Program-made: the position numbers and the translations under genes
DNA from: Dehalococcoidia bacterium
GTDB lineage: Bacteria > Chloroflexota > Dehalococcoidia > Lucifugimonadales > Australimonadaceae
Direction: 5' to 3'
Assembly (NCBI GenBank): GCA_965116305.1
Contig: OZ220673.1
Location: 547,362-611,361, forward strand
Length of the DNA stretch: 64,000 nucleotides
The notes under the pieces: model-generated
Told to the model about the DNA's origin: nothing
Database searches by the model: none
The model's input: the letters and a program-made list of their open reading frames with translations, nothing else
In this document: piece by piece, positions 45,232 to 52,843 of the stretch
Position numbering within the stretch: the stretch's first letter is position 1
Layout: each line of letters starts with the position of its first letter

Positions 45232-46539
45232 ATGGTTACGACAGCAGAAGAGACCGCCAGCACCACGAAGCGAATCAACATCGGCGTCATCGGCATCGGC
45301 GTCGGAGGGCTGGAGATCCTCCGTTCGGTTGTGCAGCAGCCGGACATCGTCCACCTGGCCGCCGGATGCGACGTTGTCCCTGTCACGCGGGAACGATTCA
45401 AGGAGCGGTTCCCCGACGTCAAGGTGTACGAGAGCGCGGAGGACATCTGCAAGGACCCCGACGTGGATGCCGTCTACATCGCGTCGCCGAACCGCTTCCA
45501 TGCCGAGCACACAATCACGGCGGCCCGTCATGGGAAGCATGTGATGGTCGAGAAGCCCATGGCCATCTCGCTCAAGGAGACCGAGCAGATGGTCGAGGAG
45601 TGTGACAAGGCGGGGGTGCACCTCGTCTGCGCCCACACCGCCAGCTTCGGGCTGCCCTACCGGACGATGCGGAAGATCATCGACTCCGGCGAGATCGGTG
45701 CCGTGCGCGCCATCCACCTTATCGCCTACACGGACTGGATGCTGCGGCCACGGACGCCGGACGAACTCGACTTTGCGCAGGGCGGCGGCGTGCCGTACCG
45801 GCAGGGCCCGCATCAGATCGACACCGTCCGGCTGCTGGGTGGCGGCATGGTCAAGCGTGTCTGGGGCAAGGTCGGCCAGTGGATGCCGGAGCGGCCTATG
45901 CCCGGCTACTACACGGCCCACTTCGAGTTCGAGGACGGCACCGTCGCCACTGCCACCCACAACGGCTATGGCTACTTCACGCTGAGTGAAGTCAACGGAC
46001 CGGCCAGCGGACGCAGCTCCATAGAGAACCTCGTGCGCATCAGGAAAGAGATGCAGAGCGGTACCCGTAACGAGGAATCGGACAAGCAGGACCTGCGCAT
46101 CGGCGGGAAGATCGAGGCCCAACAGTTCGCGGATGCGCTCCGGTCCGACGGCGGTCGCGGCAACTTCGGACGACAGATCGCTCGTGAGCCGGGCGACCGT
46201 TCAGGACTCAACGACACCGGCGACCCGGGCACGATATTTGTGACCTGCGACCATGGCGACATGCGCATCGGCTCGCAGGGCGTCCTCGTCTACGACGACA
46301 ACGGCGTGCGCGAGGTCACGGGCGAATCGAACATCCACAGCCGGGGAGAGGTGCACGAGCTCTACGACGCGGTCGTCAACGGCAAGCCGGTCTACCACTC
46401 AGGCCGCTGGGGCATGGCAACTGCCGAGGCCATCTTTGCAATGGTCGAGTCGTCCCAGACGGGCAAGGTGGTCGAGCTCAGCCACCAGGTGCCTGTGCAC
46501 CCCGAGTACGATGCGGACCTGAAGGTGGTGCCGATCTAG
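45232..46539 (+). CDS. Gfo/Idh/MocA family oxidoreductase
   Basis: INIGVIGIGVGG Rossmann motif and VMVEKPMA. ATG 45232 is preceded by AAGGAGGG. Confidence 0.88.
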   Translation: MVTTAEETASTTKRINIGVIGIGVGGLEILRSVVQQPDIVHLAAGCDVVPVTRERFKERFPDVKVYESAEDICKDPDVDAVYIASPNRFHAEHTITAARHGKHVMVEKPMAISLKETEQMVEECDKAGVHLVCAHTASFGLPYRTMRKIIDSGEIGAVRAIHLIAYTDWMLRPRTPDELDFAQGGGVPYRQGPHQIDTVRLLGGGMVKRVWGKVGQWMPERPMPGYYTAHFEFEDGTVATATHNGYGYFTLSEVNGPASGRSSIENLVRIRKEMQSGTRNEESDKQDLRIGGKIEAQQFADALRSDGGRGNFGRQIAREPGDRSGLNDTGDPGTIFVTCDHGDMRIGSQGVLVYDDNGVREVTGESNIHSRGEVHELYDAVVNGKPVYHSGRWGMATAEAIFAMVESSQTGKVVELSHQVPVHPEYDADLKVVPI

Positions 46540-46565
46540 ATGCTCAGGCCCATCCAACGCGGTCG

Positions 46566-47906
46566 ATGGCCACTGTTGTTGCGCAGAGGAGGGTTCCGGT
46601 GCCTTTGAACAACAGGGAGATGGACGAGGTCTTCAAACTCGGGCCGGGTACGCCTTCGGGTGAAGTGTTCCGGAGGTACTGGCTGCCTGTGGAGACGTCG
46701 GCGAACCTCGACGGCGGCAAGGGACCGGTGCGGCCCAGCGCGAAGAATCCCGTGCGAGTGAAGGTGTTGGGGGAGAACCTCGTACTCTTCCGCGACGCCA
46801 CGGGCAAGCCGGGACTGTTGGAGGAGCACTGCTCGCACCGCGGGACGTCCCTCGTCTACGGGCGCGTGGAGGATGAGGGACTGCGGTGTCTCTACCACGG
46901 GTGGCTGTACGACCGCGACGGCAACTGCCTCGACATGCCCTGCGAGCCTCCGGGGCGGCGCTTCCGAAACTCCGTGAAGCATCCGTCCTACCCGTGCGTC
47001 GAGGTCGGCGGGTTGATCTTCGCCTACCTGGGGCCACCTGACCTGCAGCCCCCGTTCCCCCGGTACCCGGCGTTGTTCCGGCAGGACGGCATGCGCGTGG
47101 CCGGAAAGGGCAACCGCATCCAGAAGTCGAACGCGCTATTGCAGACGCTCGACAACGTGCTGGACGTCTGGCACCGCGAGGTCGCCCACGGATGGTTCAA
47201 GGGCGGCGAACCGGTACACGCGCTCCATCATGGCTACAACGGCGATCCCGCCACCCCCATCCGGTTCGAGACTACGCCCTGGGGCGCCTGCTATGTCACC
47301 CTTCAGAACACGAGGAACCCGGGCGTCTACGAGTACCACGAGACGCACGCGCTCTTCCCCTGCCAGCGTGCCCGGACCGACATCATCAACTGGGCCGTGC
47401 CCATGGACGACCACACGACAAGGTGGTTCGGCGTGAGTTTCGTGCCGTTCGGCCCGGACGGGCAGGTATCGGACGCCGCCCTCCGCAGGCTTCACGCCGA
47501 CACTCCCGCCGATGCCGGAGGCCCGTTCTACGAGGGTTGGTTCGAGGACGTTGGCTACTGGTGGAACACAGGGCACCCGCTCCGCCAGGGGCCGATCTGG
47601 GAAGACGAAGCGATCATGAGCACCCAGGGCAGGGAAGAGCGTGGCGGCCTGCCCGACTTCGAGAAGATGACGTTCGGCAGTTCCGACCGCGGCGTGCTCC
47701 TCATGCACAAGCTCTGGGACGAGCAGATAGCGCGTGTGCAGGACGGCATCGACCCGGTCGGCATCGTGCGCGGTGCCGAATCGGAGCAGATCATCCCCGT
47801 TCCGGGTCAGGTGGCCTTCGTTGACAGGGAAGAGGGCATGCGCCTCTTCAACACGCCGCTCGAAGAGCGTATCGCGACCCTGGCGGAGAAGGTGCAGGCG
47901 CGATAA
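46566..47906 (+). CDS. Rieske [2Fe-2S] domain aromatic-ring-hydroxylating oxygenase, alpha-type subunit
   Basis: 446 aa with the Rieske motif CSHRGTSLVYG...CLYHGWLYD. No adjacent reductase or ferredoxin gene. Confidence 0.88.
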   Translation: MATVVAQRRVPVPLNNREMDEVFKLGPGTPSGEVFRRYWLPVETSANLDGGKGPVRPSAKNPVRVKVLGENLVLFRDATGKPGLLEEHCSHRGTSLVYGRVEDEGLRCLYHGWLYDRDGNCLDMPCEPPGRRFRNSVKHPSYPCVEVGGLIFAYLGPPDLQPPFPRYPALFRQDGMRVAGKGNRIQKSNALLQTLDNVLDVWHREVAHGWFKGGEPVHALHHGYNGDPATPIRFETTPWGACYVTLQNTRNPGVYEYHETHALFPCQRARTDIINWAVPMDDHTTRWFGVSFVPFGPDGQVSDAALRRLHADTPADAGGPFYEGWFEDVGYWWNTGHPLRQGPIWEDEAIMSTQGREERGGLPDFEKMTFGSSDRGVLLMHKLWDEQIARVQDGIDPVGIVRGAESEQIIPVPGQVAFVDREEGMRLFNTPLEERIATLAEKVQAR

Positions 47907-47920
47907 GCGTTCGTGTACCG

Positions 47921-49024
47921 CTAGAGCCTCAGGGCGCGCGCCAGGTTCCCGCCGAGTATCTTGTCCTTGTCCTCGCCGGACAGACCGCTCCCGGTGATGT
48001 TAGTCGTGGCGTTCGGCAGGCGCTGGAACTCGGGGTGCGGGAAGTCCGTGCCGATGACGAAGTTGTCCGCGCCGTAAGCTTCCACCAACTGCTCCAGCGG
48101 CTCGATGCTCTCGATCGCGGTCATGCAGTGTTGCTTGATCAGTTCGCTGGGGCGCGTGTTCGTTCGCGCGCAGGCGCGCTCGATGTAGAACGACCGGTCG
48201 GCCCCGTGCATCGCGTAGGCCATCCACGACGCTCCGGCCTCGAAGAAGAGGAAGCGGAGATTCGGGAACCGGTCCAGCACGCCGCCAAGTGTCAGCGCCG
48301 TGCACGCGATGGTGTAGTCGACGCCGAAGCCGACGTACGTTCCGATGTGCAGACGGTGATAGCGCTCTGTGCCGACCATCGGGTACGAAGTGCGATGGTC
48401 GTAGAAGTTACCGCGATGCCCCTGCGTGAAGTTGTGGACCATGCACGCGAGGTCGAGGTCGCTCACCGCCTCCCAGAACGGGTAGAGCTCGTATGCGTCG
48501 AGGTTCCCTTCCAGGTAGCTTCCGCAGATGCTCACTGCGCGGAGCCCCATCCCTGCGGCGCGTTCCAACTCCCTGACGGACTCGTCGATGTCGTCCCAAG
48601 GGACCGTTATCTGGCAGATGAAGCGGTCCGGATAGCGGTCCTGGAGTTCCGCCGCCGCGTTGTTGTAGAGCTTCGCGAGCGCCGTGCGGAGCCACAGCGG
48701 GCTGTCCGGCGGCATCAGCAGATTGGGCATCGCCCGTTGGGTGTTGAGCACCTGCATGTCGAAGCCCAGCCTGTCCATCTCGATGAGCCGCGCCTCGATG
48801 TCGCGCTCAGGGTCGCCGGCGTGACCGTCCGGCGAGTATTCCCTACCGGCGATCGCAGCCCTGACCACATCCAGATCGACGATCTGGAGCGCGTCGCGAT
48901 ACATCATGTCCTCGATCAGGGCGCCGCCCGAACGCGGGACCATGTCACGCAGTTCCCTGTAGTCGATGGTCAGGTTGAAGTGCGTGTCGGCGTCGATCCG
49001 CTTGGTCATCACCTGCGTTGCCAT
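47921..49024 (-). CDS. amidohydrolase-2 family protein
   Basis: 367 aa with IDADTHFN (metal ligands), VHNF...H and DFPHPE, typical of PF04909. Confidence 0.85.
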   Translation of the reverse strand: MATQVMTKRIDADTHFNLTIDYRELRDMVPRSGGALIEDMMYRDALQIVDLDVVRAAIAGREYSPDGHAGDPERDIEARLIEMDRLGFDMQVLNTQRAMPNLLMPPDSPLWLRTALAKLYNNAAAELQDRYPDRFICQITVPWDDIDESVRELERAAGMGLRAVSICGSYLEGNLDAYELYPFWEAVSDLDLACMVHNFTQGHRGNFYDHRTSYPMVGTERYHRLHIGTYVGFGVDYTIACTALTLGGVLDRFPNLRFLFFEAGASWMAYAMHGADRSFYIERACARTNTRPSELIKQHCMTAIESIEPLEQLVEAYGADNFVIGTDFPHPEFQRLPNATTNITGSGLSGEDKDKILGGNLARALRL

Positions 49025-49120
49025 GACTGCCTCCTCTCGCGAACCCTTCGGCCAGACTGTCTCAATACTACTCCTCGACGCAACCGATGTTCAGTCCGGT
49101 TGTGGCCGAGCCGGGACCCG

Positions 49121-50113
49121 CTAGGAGCCGAGGAGCCTGCGGTACTTCCCGGTCTGGAGGAAGTCGATGTACTCCCGCAACCCTGCCTCCATGTCGTACT
49201 CGGGGACGAAGCCGAAGTCGCGGTTCGCGGAGGAATCGGGGTCGACGGGCCCGCCGCGCACCTCCGGCTCCGGCGCCTCGATCGAGGCGCCGGGTATGAG
49301 CCGCATGATGATCTGCGTTATCTCATACATCGTCAGCTCTTCCTTCGAATTGAGCCGGTAGAGGTTGGCGGGCAGGTCGTCCGCGAGCGTTGCCATCATC
49401 TCGCCACGGCCTGCGTCTGACGCGTACATCACCGGCACCGTGCGGATGGGCGGCGTGGGGTTGAGCTCGCGGGGTGTCGACATCGCGGCCGCGTCCCACC
49501 CGTCGAGCACCACCGGCTCTCCACGCAGCGACTTCTCGACGATGGGCTTGAGCGCGCGCCCGAAGCCCCCCGCGAAGTCGTACCCCGGCCCGAACAGCTG
49601 ACCGGGGTAGATGACGACGACGTCCATGTCATACAAGCCACGGTAGTCGTTGCAGAGCAGCTCCGTGGCTACCTTATGGCTCGTGTACGGGTCCGGCATG
49701 ATCTTCACGTTGCCGGAGCCAGCCGCCTCAGCGAACTGGCGCGCGGTCGGCACGGTCTTGCCGGTGCTCACGTGCACCACGCGCTCCACCTTCAGCGCGC
49801 GCGCCGCCTCCAGGACGTTGAGCGTGCCGATGACCATCGTCTGCGCCGCAGCGAGCGGGCGGTCGTATGCCGGGCCGGTCAGGAAACTGGCCGTGTGCAG
49901 GATGCGCCGCACGCCGTTGTCGGCGACCGCGCCGAACACCTCGGACGCGTTGGAGATGTCGCCCTTCACGAACCGCACCCGGTCCTTCACGTCGTTCAGC
50001 AGCTCGGTCTTGATGGCGATATCGAACGCGACGACGTCCTCACCTTGGTCGAGCGCGTAGCGGACCGCGAACGATCCGCCGAGACCGCATCCTCCCGTAA
50101 CCATGACTGTCAT
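49121..50113 (-). CDS. NAD-dependent epimerase/dehydratase (extended SDR)
   Basis: 330 aa with VTGGCGLGGSF (GxxGxxG) and YTSHK (YxxxK). Confidence 0.88.
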   Translation of the reverse strand: MTVMVTGGCGLGGSFAVRYALDQGEDVVAFDIAIKTELLNDVKDRVRFVKGDISNASEVFGAVADNGVRRILHTASFLTGPAYDRPLAAAQTMVIGTLNVLEAARALKVERVVHVSTGKTVPTARQFAEAAGSGNVKIMPDPYTSHKVATELLCNDYRGLYDMDVVVIYPGQLFGPGYDFAGGFGRALKPIVEKSLRGEPVVLDGWDAAAMSTPRELNPTPPIRTVPVMYASDAGRGEMMATLADDLPANLYRLNSKEELTMYEITQIIMRLIPGASIEAPEPEVRGGPVDPDSSANRDFGFVPEYDMEAGLREYIDFLQTGKYRRLLGS

Positions 50114-50119
50114 TATTCA

Positions 50120-50278
50120 CCCCCATCCTAACCTTCCCCCTCGACGGGGGAAGGGACCAGGTACTCTGCCGGTTCACCCTCGCTCTCAGGCCCTCACCCG
50201 GTACACCCTCACCCGCCGCGCAAGCGCGTCGACCTCTCCCCGAGGGCGAGGTGGACCGAACACCCTTCACTCCTCCCA
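50120..50278. repeat. REP-like cluster (type C variants in both orientations)
   Basis: ccttccccctcgacgggggaaggg and ccctcacccgccgcgcaagcgcgtcgacctctccccgagggcgagg lie between two minus-strand genes. Confidence 0.75.
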
Positions 50279-50285
50279 GTTAGTC

Positions 50286-51389
50286 CTAGTGGGCGGCGAG
50301 GCCTGCGGCGACGGGACGCCCGTAGAGAGCGCGGGCGTTCTCGGAGAGCACGCCCGTCCGCTCCTCGCCGGTAATCTTCGCGTTCCCGAATATCTCGCTG
50401 AGCTCGTGCTTGCAGATCTCCGCGTTGACCTCGTGCGGGAAGTCGGATGAGAAGACGAAGCACTTCCCGCTCGTCAGGCGCAGCGCCTCGGAGATGAGCG
50501 GCTCCGTCCCTTCGCATCCCACGAACAGGCGTCCGTCGTGGATGTGGCGCAGGATGTAGTCGCTCACGCGCTCGCCGTCGCGCAACCGCAGCAGTTCGCC
50601 GCGCGGGTCGAGGTCGACGTGGGTCTCATAGGAGCGGTCGAACCGCTCCATGCAGAGCATGAACCACGCGACGCCGCCCTCGAGGAAGCCCCAGCGCGCG
50701 TTGGGGTAGCGGTCCAGGACGCCATTGAAGACGACGCCGGCGAAGGCGGCCATGAGCCCGACTGGATGTCCCATCGCGTGGACGGGCGCGTAGACGTTCA
50801 AGTGGTCGAAGCCCATCCCGCTGTGCGAGCCGCCGTGGACGGCGAGGCAGCAGCCCAGCCGGTCGGCCTCCTCGTAGACGGGCCAGTACTCCTTAGCGCC
50901 CAAGTGGTTCGGCAGCCCGCGCGTGGGGAGCATCGCGCCCGCCATCCCAAGCTCCTCCACCGACCGGCGCAACTCCCGCGCTGCCTCCTCAGGCTCCTGC
51001 ATGGGGATGAGGGCAAGTCCGACGAACCGGGGGCTGCTCTTGACGTAGGTCTCGTACAGCCAGTCGTTGTACGCCCGGCAGACTGCGATGGCCCAGTCCC
51101 TGTTGACGATATATCCGTAGGAGAGCCCGCCTGTAGGGAAGAGCGCCGCGCAGTCGATGCCCACCTCGTCCATGAACATCAGCCACTCTTCGACCCCGAT
51201 CTTGGGGAACGATCCCGGAGGCGTGGCCACCGGTTGAGCGGCGTGGAGATGATCGATCGGCGGGAAGATGTTGCCGAGGCTGCTCCCGCCTGCGCGGTTC
51301 AGGAACTCCTGCGGCATACGGCTCGCCACCGCCGCGATGTCCGTCACGAGGTGTCCGTCTCCGTCAACGACCTGCAACCGGTCTGCCAT
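50286..51389 (-). CDS. amidohydrolase-2 family protein
   Basis: VVDGDGHLV, LAVHGGSH and SSDFPHE. ATG 51389 is preceded by GAGGAGG. The track ORF opens at 51440. Confidence 0.85.
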   Translation of the reverse strand: MADRLQVVDGDGHLVTDIAAVASRMPQEFLNRAGGSSLGNIFPPIDHLHAAQPVATPPGSFPKIGVEEWLMFMDEVGIDCAALFPTGGLSYGYIVNRDWAIAVCRAYNDWLYETYVKSSPRFVGLALIPMQEPEEAARELRRSVEELGMAGAMLPTRGLPNHLGAKEYWPVYEEADRLGCCLAVHGGSHSGMGFDHLNVYAPVHAMGHPVGLMAAFAGVVFNGVLDRYPNARWGFLEGGVAWFMLCMERFDRSYETHVDLDPRGELLRLRDGERVSDYILRHIHDGRLFVGCEGTEPLISEALRLTSGKCFVFSSDFPHEVNAEICKHELSEIFGNAKITGEERTGVLSENARALYGRPVAAGLAAH

Positions 51390-51456
51390 GGCGTCTACCT
51401 CCTCGCGTGTACGGATGCGGTATAGCACCCGCCTCCACACACGTCAAAGCGCTGCC

Positions 51457-51500
51457 CGACCAAGGGGGCCAACACCCGTGAATTCTGGCCCCCTTGGTCG
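51457..51500. repeat. perfect 14-bp inverted repeat CGACCAAGGGGGCC-N16-GGCCCCCTTGGTCG
   Basis: A third direct copy CGACCAAGGGGGC lies at 51587-51599, with degenerate copies (ggccaccttggcc, gccttggttggggg) at 51532-51558. A separate 9-bp inverted repeat pairs cccatagac (51635-51643) with gtctatggg (51679-51687). Confidence 0.85.
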
Positions 51501-51916
51501 CTGGTCCACGAGTAAACCGGCCTGTCCATTTGGCCACCTTGGCCGCCTTGGTTGGGGGCGTTTCCCAGGCCATGGCCTGCTTCCCGCGACCAAGGGGGCA
51601 AGGGGGCCATCGAAAACAAAAGTTGTCGCCCTAACCCATAGACCTCGTTGATAGGTTGGACCGCGAGCTATAGACGCAGTCTATGGGTGCTGCCGGTACG
51701 ACGGTCATGCAATCAGCGTACGCGGGCAGGGCGCAACCGCGAAAGGGGCGGGTGTCACAGCGGGGGGCATAGTTGACCCTGCTCTTCGCTCGCGTGATAC
51801 TAGCCCCGCAAACGCCAGATCGGAGAAGTCAACCCCTAGTGCAGTCAACCCACGCCCCACCACGACGAGAACGGCAGCGCAGACTCCGGCGTGCCTACTC
51901 GACAGATTTGGGGACC

Positions 51917-52780
51917 ATGTTCATCGGGACTGCCGAGCAGGCGTTCAAAAGCTCCCGGTTTGAGAAGTATCTTTCCTCCGCTCAACTGATCTTCACCTCC
52001 CCGCCGTTCCCACTCAACCGAAAGAAGGCATACGGGAATCTCACCGGTGAGGCTTATGTTGATTGGCTCGCCAGCTTCGCTTCCCAGTTCAAGAGATACC
52101 TACGCGATGACGGGTCGATCGTCATTGAGATAGGCAATGCCTGGGAACAAGGTCATCCAACCATGTCAACGCTGGCCCTAGAGGCACTATTGAGGTTTCG
52201 CAAGGATGGCGACCTGTTCCTGTGCCAGCAGTTTGTTTGCGCCAATCCGGCGCGGCTTCCGTCTCCAGCACAATGGGTCAACGTAGATCGAACCCGCCTC
52301 AAGGATGCCTTCACAAACGTTTGGTGGATGTCCCCAACGGAACGACCCAAGGCGGACAACCGTAGGGTATTGTCGCCTTATAGCTCTGCAATGCAAGGGC
52401 TTCTACGAACCCAGCACTACAATGCGGGCAAGCGTCCCTCAGAACACTCTATTGGAGCTGAGTCATTCCTAACGGACAACGGAGGAGCCATCCCTTCCAA
52501 CGTAATCACAGTTTCCAACACAAGTGCCACCGACCCGTACCAGCAATACTGCAGAGATACTGGCATTCAACCACATCCAGCGAGGATGCCATCACGGCTT
52601 GCTGAGTTCTTTATCGAGTTCCTTACAGAACCGGGGGACTTGGTGATAGACCCATTTGGGGGAAGCAACGTGACTGGCGCAGCGGCAGAGTCACTTGGCC
52701 GTCAATGGGTGACTATTGAACCGGTAGAATTATACGCGGCAGCCTCTAAGAGTCGGTTCGTTCATGCCGATGGAAAATAA
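51917..52780 (+). CDS. beta-class DNA N4-cytosine methyltransferase, M.PvuII family
   Basis: Collinear, as far as I recall the M.PvuII sequence, with: MFIG...TSPPFPLNRKKAYGN..GEAYVDW, NPARLPSPAQWVN, KDAFTNVWW, LSPYS, RPSEHSIG...DNGGAIPSN, HPARMPSRLAEFFIEFLTEPGDLVIDPFGGSNVTG. Motif IV (SPPF) precedes motif I (FGGSN.TG). The track ORF opens at TTG 51773 and GTG 51839 is also possible. ATG 51917 aligns with the internal Met start of M.PvuII. Confidence 0.9.
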   Translation: MFIGTAEQAFKSSRFEKYLSSAQLIFTSPPFPLNRKKAYGNLTGEAYVDWLASFASQFKRYLRDDGSIVIEIGNAWEQGHPTMSTLALEALLRFRKDGDLFLCQQFVCANPARLPSPAQWVNVDRTRLKDAFTNVWWMSPTERPKADNRRVLSPYSSAMQGLLRTQHYNAGKRPSEHSIGAESFLTDNGGAIPSNVITVSNTSATDPYQQYCRDTGIQPHPARMPSRLAEFFIEFLTEPGDLVIDPFGGSNVTGAAAESLGRQWVTIEPVELYAAASKSRFVHADGK

Positions 52781-52781
52781 G

Positions 52782-52811
52782 TTGACAACGATAAGTACAG
52801 GTCCATAACAT
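52782..52811 (+). promoter_or_regulatory. sigma-70-type promoter TTGACA-N18-TAACAT ahead of the GHKL gene
   Basis: TTGACAacgataagtacaggtccaTAACAT begins 2 nt after the methyltransferase stop. GGAAGGA SD precedes ATG 52844. Confidence 0.45.
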
Positions 52812-52843
52812 TCTAAGTCCCCAGAACTACTGGAAGGAACAAT

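Noticed and set aside
51364-51619. Two minus-strand ORFs (69 and 74 aa) in the CCAAGGGGGCC repeat region
   Set aside because: Their sequences (…QGGQGGQ…, …PLPPWS…) are dictated by the repeats. There is no SD and they overlap each other. The region is treated as non-coding.
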